64,000 nt of DNA from a bacterium UBP8_UBA817 (GTDB taxonomy: Bacteria; Margulisbacteria; Marinamargulisbacteria; SXXA01; SICP01). Shown one piece after another: positions 47,555 through 56,682 of the stretch; positions within the stretch are counted from its first letter, which is position 1, and the number at the start of each line of letters is the position of its first letter. Location: NCBI GenBank assembly GCA_945888435.1, contig CAMCZW010000006.1, forward strand, positions 2,509 to 66,508, read 5' to 3'. A program made the translations under genes and the position numbers. The notes below the pieces were generated by a model that was not told where the DNA came from, made no database searches, and was given only the letters and a program-made list of their open reading frames with translations.

Positions 47555-49576
47555 ATGAAACCAACCGAAATCACCAGCGTAATTCCAAGACCCCAAATTC
47601 AAACATCCTCACCCGCCACCCAATCCCAAAGATCAGACATCGCACCAAGCGGTGGCATAGCAGACACTATAAGCCGTACAGTGCAGACATCAGGGCAAAC
47701 ACTTGCATCCTGGCTAGGATGGGTAAATCCAACACCAGCGCCTATAACCACTCACCCAGTACCAAAATCCAAAAGTAAAGTCGTGACAGAAAACCCTGTA
47801 CCAGCAAAAGAGAACCCTCATAGATCCAATAGATCCAGAAGAGAAGCTTTAAGTTTCCAACAAGACGCTGTACAACTTCTTTCTCCTCAATCATCTGACT
47901 TCGAAGACTTTGAAGCGGCAAAAACTCTTAATAAAGAATATTTAACATTAACTTGGTTTAAAGAATTATCTATAGGATTTAAAATTGGATCTCCAGAATT
48001 TCAAGGAGAAGAGCATTCGCTAGTTATCCTCAAAAGATCACCTTCTGGACTCTACACCCCATTAACCCCTTCAGCAGTGATCATCAATACCCCTGCGCAA
48101 GATCGAGATCCAAGTAAAAACCCACCATTTTTAGCATTTGAAAAGACCGGCCTCATCGGAGTAATCGAACGTGTAATCCTTCAAAACGGCACCATAATCA
48201 ATCAGCAATCGGCCACAAAACTCAATTTGGAAACAGGTCAATTAGATGGCCAACTACACCCTGGTTACCTAAATTCGGTTAAACTAACCTCGTCGACAGG
48301 GGTATTAATTTCTCAAGAAGGGACTGGAGAGTTAAATGCATTAATGATTAAAGAAAATGCGGATGGAACAATAACCGGAACCCCCATTACACTCCCGGGA
48401 TTATCAGCAAACCGCAACACAGCAATCCAGACAGCAAGACTAACAGATAATTCGTTTTTAATTAAACTAGAGTCTACCTTAGCAAGGTTAACACTTAATG
48501 AAGATCATTCAGTAACTGTAGTGACCCTTTCAACAAGTTTATCCCCCAATGGAAATATCATGACATCTCCTATATTCGGAAATAATCTCTTGATTACTGA
48601 ATCAGCAATCTCTTCCATGGGCCGATTTTACAATGGAACCTCACTTGGCCAGCCATTTCCCATACCATTATCATTTAGCTACTCACCTGAAATAATTGAC
48701 ATCTCTCAAACCCCGTCAGGAAATAGAGAATTCCTATTCCAGACTCCTTCATTCCAGGCTCCTTCTGGAATCATAGGAAGCATTTCAATAGGTAAAGCAT
48801 CCTATAACCCACAAACAAATACTCTAGATTTTCAAGGAACAGCAACAATCAATGCGCATGCCTCGCAAGCCGCTATCATAGCCGGAGTAATGACAGATGC
48901 TGATGTCCAAGCAGGTCTTGGCGGCCCTGGAATCATTTCGTTTTCATGCACAGTTGACCAATGCCAAGTAAATGCCCATCGATTAGATGTTGATGCGATG
49001 ACTACCCAACACTTAGTCTCACAAAATGTATCAGATATCAGCGGACTTTTTTCAGGTAAAATGGAAATCACAGGTCCAAACATCCAAGTCTTTACCTTAC
49101 AAGAAAATCCAATGCATATGGCTATCACAAAGCTATTCATGTTAAAAGGGATTCCAGTAGCCAATACAACGACAACACCCAGACCAGCCTCATCTAGCCA
49201 ATCTATGCCACCAACTTCAGCCGCACCATCATCACCTTCCACGTCAATAACAATCCGCCCTACTACAGTAAGCCGACCCCCAGATCCGACGACAACTTTA
49301 AGATCAACCTCTTCCAGCTCTCAAACAAAACAAAATGACACAATCACTGATGCCCCCCAAGTCAGCCGCAGTCTCGACACTGAAACGTTAGTTGGCATTA
49401 TTGCAGGCGCAGTTGCAGGAGGTGTCGCACTAAGCATCCTCGGCTACCTAGTCTACTCAAAAATCAGAGGACTTCGGGTAGTCCAGTCAACCGAATTCAA
49501 GATAGCCGATGCGTTACAAAAGCTACCAGGGGTTAATCCAGATAATTTTGGATTTAACGAAACAGAAATCCTCTAA
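47555..49576 (+). CDS. large anchored surface protein B (paralogue of A)
   Basis: 673 aa with the same leader (QTLASWLGWVNPTPAPITTHPV..ENPHRSNRSRR). Shared blocks TSSTGV..ENADGTITGTP and ISFSC..CQVNAHRL. S/T/P stalk, TM LVGIIAGAVAGGVALSILGYLVY and a short tail. Confidence 0.8.
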   Translation: MKPTEITSVIPRPQIQTSSPATQSQRSDIAPSGGIADTISRTVQTSGQTLASWLGWVNPTPAPITTHPVPKSKSKVVTENPVPAKENPHRSNRSRREALSFQQDAVQLLSPQSSDFEDFEAAKTLNKEYLTLTWFKELSIGFKIGSPEFQGEEHSLVILKRSPSGLYTPLTPSAVIINTPAQDRDPSKNPPFLAFEKTGLIGVIERVILQNGTIINQQSATKLNLETGQLDGQLHPGYLNSVKLTSSTGVLISQEGTGELNALMIKENADGTITGTPITLPGLSANRNTAIQTARLTDNSFLIKLESTLARLTLNEDHSVTVVTLSTSLSPNGNIMTSPIFGNNLLITESAISSMGRFYNGTSLGQPFPIPLSFSYSPEIIDISQTPSGNREFLFQTPSFQAPSGIIGSISIGKASYNPQTNTLDFQGTATINAHASQAAIIAGVMTDADVQAGLGGPGIISFSCTVDQCQVNAHRLDVDAMTTQHLVSQNVSDISGLFSGKMEITGPNIQVFTLQENPMHMAITKLFMLKGIPVANTTTTPRPASSSQSMPPTSAAPSSPSTSITIRPTTVSRPPDPTTTLRSTSSSSQTKQNDTITDAPQVSRSLDTETLVGIIAGAVAGGVALSILGYLVYSKIRGLRVVQSTEFKIADALQKLPGVNPDNFGFNETEIL

Positions 49577-49589
49577 AATAAAAGAAGCG

Positions 49590-50237
49590 TCATCCACCCA
49601 CATCCGAGGGGACTGTTACCTTAACATTCCCCTCTTCGCCCTCAGCCACTACCACGGGATACCCCGTTGCTTCAAACAATCCCGCTTCATCCGTCGTATC
49701 CAACTCTGGAAATTGACGATAAATCTTTAAAAGAATACTCACCGGAAAAACCTGCGGGGTTTGTACCCGGATAATCGACTCTCGATTAAGAGTCCCCACC
49801 ACCATCGCATTTTCAACTTGCTTTAAAGTATCCGAAACAGAAACTCCAGGGATAACCCCATGAGTAGGCGATGCCTTTTTCAACAGTCGTTTAATCAAAT
49901 CCGCACTCACCCAAGGTCGGGCGGCATCATGGATCATCACATAGTCACAATTTAAAAGGGCATTCACCCCATTTTGGACAGAACGGCATCGGGTTGCCCC
50001 ACCTTCAATCAATCTAAAGCGATCCAAAAGGTCATGGACACCCAAGAGATCTTCCATCCGAGAAAAATGATCTACAGAAACCGTCACTACCCGATCCGTA
50101 ATCATTATAAAATCATCAAATGCCCGACAGGATTTGACGATCATCGGCACCCCATCAATCGGTAAAAACTGCTTCGGAGTATCACCCCCAAATCGAGATC
50201 CAGATCCCGCTGCCGTAATCACCAACCCCACATTCAT
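49590..50237 (-). CDS. ispD: 2-C-methyl-D-erythritol 4-phosphate cytidylyltransferase
   Basis: 215 aa with ITAAGSGSRFG and C-terminal GEEGNVKVTVPSDV. Confidence 0.92.
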   Translation of the reverse strand: MNVGLVITAAGSGSRFGGDTPKQFLPIDGVPMIVKSCRAFDDFIMITDRVVTVSVDHFSRMEDLLGVHDLLDRFRLIEGGATRCRSVQNGVNALLNCDYVMIHDAARPWVSADLIKRLLKKASPTHGVIPGVSVSDTLKQVENAMVVGTLNRESIIRVQTPQVFPVSILLKIYRQFPELDTTDEAGLFEATGYPVVVAEGEEGNVKVTVPSDVGG

Positions 50238-50476
50238 GGAGCGACTCCCTCACGGGTCACAAAATAACCAACGTGATCTTCTCCCCAATAATTCCAACGC
50301 ACTTTAATCACAGTGGTTTTAGCATTTAAGTAAATGGTCTTCACCCGACCTGAAATATTATCCAATTCATGCTCCCCTGCCACAACAATAGGAAAATACC
50401 CCGCCACCGGAATCTCCATCCACGGTTTCTCCAAATCGCCTTCATGATATAACCGTACTGCCACCATATTTCTCAT
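50234..50476 (-). CDS. hypothetical small protein
   Basis: 80 aa. Its stop codon overlaps the ispD start (ATGA-type junction). No motif recognised. Confidence 0.45.
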   Translation of the reverse strand: MRNMVAVRLYHEGDLEKPWMEIPVAGYFPIVVAGEHELDNISGRVKTIYLNAKTTVIKVRWNYWGEDHVGYFVTREGVAP

Positions 50477-50485
50477 AAAATCCTC

Positions 50486-50683
50486 CTATTCAATGTCAAT
50501 TAGGCCATCATCTTTATAAAGCTCCCAATCCGCTTGTTCTGCAGAAAGTTGCTCTTTAAGTAAAAAAAATAAATCTTCTAAATCTTTTGAAATTCGAGGA
50601 TGGTTGGATCTCAGCTTAATACGAGCCGTATTAAGAGACACAAGGTGCTGAGAGTTAATTTTAGGACGCAGCGGCCGTTTCAT
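50486..50683 (-). CDS. hypothetical small protein
   Basis: 65 aa, overlapping the trpA 3' end by 23 nt. No motif recognised. Confidence 0.3.
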   Translation of the reverse strand: MKRPLRPKINSQHLVSLNTARIKLRSNHPRISKDLEDLFFLLKEQLSAEQADWELYKDDGLIDIE

Positions 50684-51443
50684 AAAAGCGTTTGATCTCA
50701 GATTTAAAGACTAACACTGCAGCGTCCAAATCGGGCTGAGACGCAATCAATCTTACAAAATAGCTACCGACAATCGCCCCCTCCGCATATTCCCAAACAT
50801 CGCCAACTTGAGAGGGCTGGCTAATTCCAAATCCCACCGCAACCGGAATTGGCTTAATGTCCTTAATCGTTTTAATAAAGTCAGAAAGCTGATCATTGAT
50901 GATACTTCTCTCACCCGTTATCCCAGTAGTAGACATGACATATACAAAGCCTTTGGACTCGGAAATAATTAAATTTAACCGATCAGGCCGACATAATGTC
51001 GATACTAACGAAATAATCGGGACCCCAGCTTCTCCCGAAGGTTCAATAAAGGGTCCGTATTCTTCAAAACTTAAATCCGGCAAAATGACGCCATCCACAG
51101 CAACTCGTTGGCATTGCTCAAAAAAAGCCTCAATTCCGTATCGAAAGATCAAATTCACAGATCCCATCAAAATAATCGGCTGTTTAAAATCTCTTTTTAA
51201 TCGGTTTACCAACTCAAATACCTGATCCAAGGTGGGGTTATGGACTAACGCTCGTTGATGGGAGGCTTGAATCACAGGGCCATCCGCAATTGGATCAGAA
51301 AATGGGAGCCCGATCTCAAGGACATCAGCCCCAGCTTCAAGTGCAGCGCGCATTAACGCCTCGCTTCCCGCAGGAGTCGGGTCCGCAAAGGTTAAGTATG
51401 GGATTAAACATCGGCCTTCTCTCATGACATTAGACAGCATCAC
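50661..51443 (-). CDS. trpA: tryptophan synthase alpha chain
   Basis: 260 aa with [17 protein letters not shown]. Confidence 0.93.
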   Translation of the reverse strand: MMLSNVMREGRCLIPYLTFADPTPAGSEALMRAALEAGADVLEIGLPFSDPIADGPVIQASHQRALVHNPTLDQVFELVNRLKRDFKQPIILMGSVNLIFRYGIEAFFEQCQRVAVDGVILPDLSFEEYGPFIEPSGEAGVPIISLVSTLCRPDRLNLIISESKGFVYVMSTTGITGERSIINDQLSDFIKTIKDIKPIPVAVGFGISQPSQVGDVWEYAEGAIVGSYFVRLIASQPDLDAAVLVFKSEIKRFYETAAAS

Positions 51444-52605
51444 GGTACTCCATCAAGGTCCCCATATCTTTATCTCCACGACCAGACACGCCCAGGACCA
51501 CTAGTTGGCCAGGTTTAATATTATGAGTATGTTTCAACGCCGCAAAGGCATGGGAGGTCTCTAGCGCAGGAATAATCCCCTCTCGCTCAGCAACCCAACG
51601 GCAAGCATGCAATGCTTCAGTATCCGTCACGGCATCCACCGACAAGCGGCCAACAGATTTTAAATAACTCAATTCAGGCCCAACGCCTGGATAATCCAAT
51701 CCCGCTGACACCGAATGGGCCAGTTGAATTTGCCCCACTTCATCCTGAAGTAAATACGACATCGAGCCATGAAGGACACCAGGTACTCCCCTCAAAAGTG
51801 AGGCCGAATGCTCTCCGCTATCCAGTCCATGCCCAGCAGCTTCAACCGCCAGCAATTGAACAGAGCCGTCATTAATAAACGGGTGAAACAAGCCCATGGC
51901 ATTAGATCCGCCCCCCACACAAGCCACCAACAAATCAGGAAGTCGGCCTTCTTTTTTAAGAATCTGCTCCCTAACTTCCACACCAATAATCGATTGAAAA
52001 TCCCTGACCATCATTGGATACGGATGAGGCCCTACAACAGACCCAATAATATAGTGGGTATTCTCCACACTTTCTAGCCAATCTCGAATCGCTTCCGTCG
52101 TCGCATCCTTAAGCGTCTTGGACCCAGAATTTACAGGTACAACCGTTGCACCCATCAGCTCCATTCGATAGACATTCAAAGACTGCCGACGGATATCTTC
52201 AGACCCCATATAAATGACGCATTCAAGACCCATTAACGCGCACACTGTCGCCGTAGCAACACCATGCTGTCCCGCGCCAGTTTCAGCGATAATTCGGGTT
52301 TTACCCATGCGTTTGGCCAATAAAATCTGGCCCAAAGTATTATTAATTTTATGAGCACCCGTATGGTTTAAATCTTCTCGTTTTAAATAAAGAGAAATTC
52401 CCAATTCATCGGACAAACGTTTAGCAAAAAAAAGGGGGGAAGGACGACCAACATAGTCAGTCCAGTATCCGCGAAGTTCGGCTACGAACTCGGGATCATT
52501 ACGATAGGTAGCATAGCATTCTGCCAAATCATCTAAGGCTGGAATTAAGGTATCCGGAACATACCGGCCGCCAAAAATCCCAAAATGCCCTAAATGATCT
52601 GGCAT
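51430..52605 (-). CDS. trpB: tryptophan synthase beta chain
   Basis: 391 aa with [11 protein letters not shown] (PLP lysine) and GGGSNAMG. Confidence 0.95.
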   Translation of the reverse strand: MPDHLGHFGIFGGRYVPDTLIPALDDLAECYATYRNDPEFVAELRGYWTDYVGRPSPLFFAKRLSDELGISLYLKREDLNHTGAHKINNTLGQILLAKRMGKTRIIAETGAGQHGVATATVCALMGLECVIYMGSEDIRRQSLNVYRMELMGATVVPVNSGSKTLKDATTEAIRDWLESVENTHYIIGSVVGPHPYPMMVRDFQSIIGVEVREQILKKEGRLPDLLVACVGGGSNAMGLFHPFINDGSVQLLAVEAAGHGLDSGEHSASLLRGVPGVLHGSMSYLLQDEVGQIQLAHSVSAGLDYPGVGPELSYLKSVGRLSVDAVTDTEALHACRWVAEREGIIPALETSHAFAALKHTHNIKPGQLVVLGVSGRGDKDMGTLMEYRDAV

Positions 52606-52611
52606 CGTAAA

Positions 52612-53919
52612 CTACGCGGGAGTAGACTCCTCAACCGCTGCTGAAACAGCTTGCTGAGATGAAGATAATGCTTTAATACTTAAGCCAATTTTTTGTTCTT
52701 CAGGAACTAGTTTAACGATTTTCGCTTCAACTTCCTGACCAGGTTGGACAACATCTTCAACTTTCTCAACTCGGCTATTCGCTAGTTCAGAAATATGAAT
52801 CAATCCTTCAAGATTGTTTGCAATTTGCATAAAGGCACCAAATGTCACAATGCGAGTAATGGTTCCCTTAACAATTTGGCCAACTTGAAACGTTTGAGCC
52901 ACATTGACCCAAGGATCTTGTTCAAGCTGCTTCATTCCGAGTGATACTCGTCCAGTTTCACGGTCAACGCCAAGTACAAATACTTTGACATCTTGTCCGA
53001 CAGTCACCAATTTATTTGGATTAGCGACTCGAGACCAAGAAAGTTCAGAAATATGAACCAACCCTTCAAGTCCGCCCAAGTCCACAAATACTCCAAATTC
53101 TTTAACGCTAGTGACACGACCATCGCGAACTTGGCCAACTTCTAGACTGTCTAATAATTTAGCAGTTTCTTCTTTAGAGTTTTTACCAGTAGCTTGTTTG
53201 CTGGAGAAAATCACTTTTTTACGTCTACGATCGACTTGAAGTACGCAAACCGTCATCTTTTTATTAACATATTTCTCTAAATCATCATCTTGCTCGATGG
53301 CCACTTGAGATGCAGGAATAAACCCGCGAATTCCTTGATACTCAGCCACAAGTCCGCCTTGAACCTTAGAAGTCACCAAGATCTCAATCTGTTGACGAGA
53401 TTTGGAGAACTGCATCATATCGCCCCATGCCAATTCATAATCAGCACGTTTTTTAGATAAAACAGTATAGCCTTCTTTGCTTTCAAGTTTCACAATAACA
53501 ACCCGGATTTTGTCTCCAGGTTTTAAGGAGTTTTCAGCAGTAATAGAAGAGTCATAACCAAATTCAGAATTAGAAACAAATCCATCTGATTTATAGTTAA
53601 TATCCACCATGACGCCGCCTTTCTCAACGCGACGAACAATCCCTTCAATAATATCGCCTTCTTCATAATCAACGACCAATCGGTCTAATTCATTTTGAAA
53701 AAAGCTAATATTTGAAGCAAGCTGATCTTCCTTAGAAAGGGGCGATTTAGATGAATGTGACGTTTGACCATCATCTGTCATTAAGCTTCGCTCAAATTCA
53801 GACAATTGTCCGATTCGTGTCGCCTGAGAATCCTCTTGAGGTGCATCTGTTTCCCTTCGAATAGCAGAGTTAAATTCATCTGTGCGTGCAAATTCCCCCA
53901 ATTTTGTACCTTCCGACAT
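52612..53919 (-). CDS. rpsA: 30S ribosomal protein S1 (four S1 domains, long N-terminal extension)
   Basis: The start is at ATG 53919, preceded by AGGAGG. S1 repeats carry G.IV.G.V and the like. An acidic extension of about 85 aa precedes the first S1 domain. Confidence 0.88.
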   Translation of the reverse strand: MSEGTKLGEFARTDEFNSAIRRETDAPQEDSQATRIGQLSEFERSLMTDDGQTSHSSKSPLSKEDQLASNISFFQNELDRLVVDYEEGDIIEGIVRRVEKGGVMVDINYKSDGFVSNSEFGYDSSITAENSLKPGDKIRVVIVKLESKEGYTVLSKKRADYELAWGDMMQFSKSRQQIEILVTSKVQGGLVAEYQGIRGFIPASQVAIEQDDDLEKYVNKKMTVCVLQVDRRRKKVIFSSKQATGKNSKEETAKLLDSLEVGQVRDGRVTSVKEFGVFVDLGGLEGLVHISELSWSRVANPNKLVTVGQDVKVFVLGVDRETGRVSLGMKQLEQDPWVNVAQTFQVGQIVKGTITRIVTFGAFMQIANNLEGLIHISELANSRVEKVEDVVQPGQEVEAKIVKLVPEEQKIGLSIKALSSSQQAVSAAVEESTPA

Positions 53920-54043
53920 ACCCAATCCTCCTTTAAGACAAAACCAATAAGGCGTTATCAATATAAAATTTCAATTGGTGACAGTGTACTAAACACCCAT
54001 AAAATAGTATAGTCCCCCCCAATATTAAGGCAGAGGTCTTCCG

Positions 54044-55306
54044 ATGAAATTTTCACAATTATTATGTCCTACCCTCAAAGATTCACCCAGAGAAGCTGAA
54101 ATTGTAAGTCATCAATTAATGCTCCGGGCCGGGCTCAGCCAAAAAGTGGCATCTGGACTGTATTCATACCTCCCTATGGGATTAAGAGTCATTAAAAAAA
54201 TAGAAGCCATCGTCCGAGAAGAACTAGATGCCGCCAATTGCCAAGAAGTCGCCCTCCCCCTCATTACACCTGCGTCACTATGGCAAGAGTCCGGCAGATG
54301 GGCCAAATATGGTCCAGAATTACTTCGATTTAAAGACCGCCACGACAATGAGTTTTGCTATGGCCCCACTTTTGAAGAAGCCATTACAGATATGTTTAGA
54401 CAGTCCGTTCAATCCTATAAAGCGTTACCTGTGACTCTGTACCAAATTCAAAATAAATTTAGAGACGAAATCAGACCTCGCTTTGGCCTGATGAGATCCC
54501 GAGAATTCATCATGAAAGACGCCTACAGCTTTCACCTGACAGAAGACTGTTTGGATATCACCTACAAAGCCATGGAAGCCGCCTATCACCGTATTTTCAA
54601 ACGCTGCGGGCTTGATGCGGTCTGTGTTCAAGCAGACAGCGGCGCAATCGGGGGAGACGTCTCAGCCGAATTTATGATTAGAGCCGACACAGGTGAAGAC
54701 GAAGTCCTCATTTGCCAAGGCTGCCAACTGACCGCCAACAAAGAAGTCATCGAAAAAACCAATCACTGCCCAAAATGTAATAGCACCGAGTTTAAATCAG
54801 TAAGAGGCATTGAAGTTGGCCATATTTTCAAGCTAGGAACACTCTATTCATCGGCATTAAAGGCTAGCGTGCTAAGTGACTTAGGAAAGCCCACCATCGT
54901 CCAAATGGGATGCTATGGCATTGGTGTCAGCAGAACCATGGCCGCAGCAATCGAGCAACACCATGATGAAAAGGGTATTAAATGGCCCATCGCAATCGCG
55001 CCATACACCGTCACCATCATCGTCACCAATATGAGAGATGAAGCCATGGTCGAAACAGGACTAGCTTTATACGAAACACTCAAACACCAAAAAATCGACG
55101 TCATTTTAGACGATCGATCAGTCTCAGCAGGCGTCAAATTTAAAGATGCAGAGTTAATTGGATTCCCAATTCAGCTGGTCATCGGTAAACAATTTTCAGA
55201 GACCGGCACCATTGAATATAAAGAAAGAGACACTCAAGACACAATCAATGTTTCAAAAGATGCTATAGTTGGGCATCTCAAAACTAAGCTAGAAACCTCC
55301 AACTAA
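54044..55306 (+). CDS. proS: prolyl-tRNA synthetase, bacterial type lacking the INS editing domain
   Basis: 420 aa with motif 2 FRDEIRPRFGLMRSREFIMKDAYSF and motif 3 GCYGIGVSR. Only about 30 aa (CQGC..CPKC) sit where the INS domain normally lies. Confidence 0.9.
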   Translation: MKFSQLLCPTLKDSPREAEIVSHQLMLRAGLSQKVASGLYSYLPMGLRVIKKIEAIVREELDAANCQEVALPLITPASLWQESGRWAKYGPELLRFKDRHDNEFCYGPTFEEAITDMFRQSVQSYKALPVTLYQIQNKFRDEIRPRFGLMRSREFIMKDAYSFHLTEDCLDITYKAMEAAYHRIFKRCGLDAVCVQADSGAIGGDVSAEFMIRADTGEDEVLICQGCQLTANKEVIEKTNHCPKCNSTEFKSVRGIEVGHIFKLGTLYSSALKASVLSDLGKPTIVQMGCYGIGVSRTMAAAIEQHHDEKGIKWPIAIAPYTVTIIVTNMRDEAMVETGLALYETLKHQKIDVILDDRSVSAGVKFKDAELIGFPIQLVIGKQFSETGTIEYKERDTQDTINVSKDAIVGHLKTKLETSN

Positions 55307-55350
55307 AAGGATTCAAACTTCATTACCCTCAACTCTAAGGAGTAAGCAAA

Positions 55351-56148
55351 ATGACAATTATTCCTGTGATTGGTCTTATTATGGTCATTTTTTTCTCGAC
55401 CCCTAAAAAAGATGCAACAACATCGACCGAGCCCCCCGTACAAAGCAAAGCAGCCCTCACCTCCCAACTCAATACACCGTTCACTACCTCAAAAAATAAA
55501 CCCGTCCTATTTGCTCATGTTGAAGAAAAAATTCATGAAGTAGTTCCTCCCAAAATAATCCCGCCTAAAAAAGCAGTCCCTGCTCCAGAAGCACCAAAAC
55601 CTACTCCACCGGCAGAACCCAGAGGCCCTATTACGGCCAGCATTCCCACATCCATAGACACGGGTGATTACGAAGCCATATTGACCTATATCACCACCAA
55701 ATACCCAAAAACACCCCCAAGTGATGCAGAAGAAATTGCAACCAACTTAGTCGCCTACGGAAAAGACCATCAAGTCGACCCCAAACTCATCGCCGCACTC
55801 ATTGCGAGAGAATCAGGTTTTAATAAAACGGCCATCAGCAAAAGCGGTGCCATTGGCTTAGGCCAAATTAAAAGTCTTAATTTTAACCACCTCAAAATTG
55901 ATGATCCATTTGATATCAAAGAAAATGTGCAAGGCACCGTCAAATATATGAGCCTTTTGATGAATGTCTGGAAAGACAAATCTGAAAATGTTCAATGGGC
56001 ACTCGCTTCCTATTACAAAGGCCCTACCGCAATCAGAAAAAGTGAAGGGAAAATTGATGAGCAAACCAAATCCTATGTCTCAGACATTCTCAAATATTAT
56101 GATTCCATCAGCCAAATGAAAAACTCCATCATCTCCAAAGCCCCTTAA
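55351..56148 (+). CDS. lytic transglycosylase (SLT domain) with Pro-rich linker
   Basis: N-terminal TM/signal segment. ARESGFNKTAISKSGAIGLGQI carries the catalytic Glu context, followed by YYKGP. Confidence 0.8.
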   Translation: MTIIPVIGLIMVIFFSTPKKDATTSTEPPVQSKAALTSQLNTPFTTSKNKPVLFAHVEEKIHEVVPPKIIPPKKAVPAPEAPKPTPPAEPRGPITASIPTSIDTGDYEAILTYITTKYPKTPPSDAEEIATNLVAYGKDHQVDPKLIAALIARESGFNKTAISKSGAIGLGQIKSLNFNHLKIDDPFDIKENVQGTVKYMSLLMNVWKDKSENVQWALASYYKGPTAIRKSEGKIDEQTKSYVSDILKYYDSISQMKNSIISKAP

Positions 56149-56171
56149 AATTTCACAAATAAAAAAAAGGC

Positions 56172-56199
56172 TTGACTTAAATATTGAAACCGCTAGTAT
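56172..56199 (+). promoter_or_regulatory. sigma-70-like promoter candidate
   Basis: TTGACT (56172-56177), a 16-nt spacer, then TAGTAT (56194-56199). It lies 46 nt before the ATG at 56245, which has GGAGGA 7 nt upstream. Confidence 0.35.
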
Positions 56200-56244
56200 A
56201 CGCTCAACTATCCCAATTAATTAAGTCACCTATGGAGGACTCAA

Positions 56245-56637
56245 ATGGCATTTACAAGACTAGCAGCTACGGCGCCTACTATATTGCCAGCACTTAGGTT
56301 AGCAGCTAAACCACAAGTAGCACCTATGTCGTTATCTGTTGGGCCAGCAAGTCAAGGTCCACCCAAATCAAGCCCACTGCATTCAAGCCTTCTAGCACCC
56401 TTAAGAGCAGTGGCTAGGAACGCCTCTCAAACACAAAGGCTACTAACAACAGCCCCTACTGCAGCCCCCGTAATTAAACGCTTAACATCAACAGCACATA
56501 AAGCAGCATCTTTAGGCAATCATGACAATAAAGAAGCACAAGATGCCCAAAAAGAGGCCCAATTACTTCTTGATATGCAAGAGCTTGAAGCGCAAGAAAG
56601 AAAAGAAGCCGCAAGACAAGGAACCAGAAAGCCGTAA
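56245..56637 (+). CDS. hypothetical Ala/Pro/Thr/Arg-rich protein with acidic coiled C-terminus
   Basis: 130 aa with a strong SD (GGAGGA). No acidic residue occurs in the first ~90 aa. The C-terminal KEAQDAQKEAQLLLDMQELEAQERKEAARQ is coiled-coil-like. Confidence 0.5.
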   Translation: MAFTRLAATAPTILPALRLAAKPQVAPMSLSVGPASQGPPKSSPLHSSLLAPLRAVARNASQTQRLLTTAPTAAPVIKRLTSTAHKAASLGNHDNKEAQDAQKEAQLLLDMQELEAQERKEAARQGTRKP

Positions 56638-56682
56638 TTAAGTCCCTAGAAACCACGGGTATTTTCGTTTAAACTAGCTAAG

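Noticed and set aside
50234-50683. The two small ORFs (65 and 80 aa) between trpA and ispD as a toxin-antitoxin pair.
   Set aside because: There are no recognisable TA motifs. The 65-aa ORF overlaps trpA and may be spurious. They are listed only as low-confidence hypothetical CDS.
52612-53919. The ~85-aa acidic N-terminal extension of ribosomal protein S1 as a fused extra domain.
   Set aside because: The segment is low-complexity with no motif. As I recall, S1 length and domain number vary widely among phyla.
56149-56682. T-box leader upstream of hisS, instead of the 130-aa ORF.
   Set aside because: I found no T-box consensus (..GGTGGTACCGCG..) and no terminator with a U-tract. The ORF has a strong SD and a promoter-like sequence.
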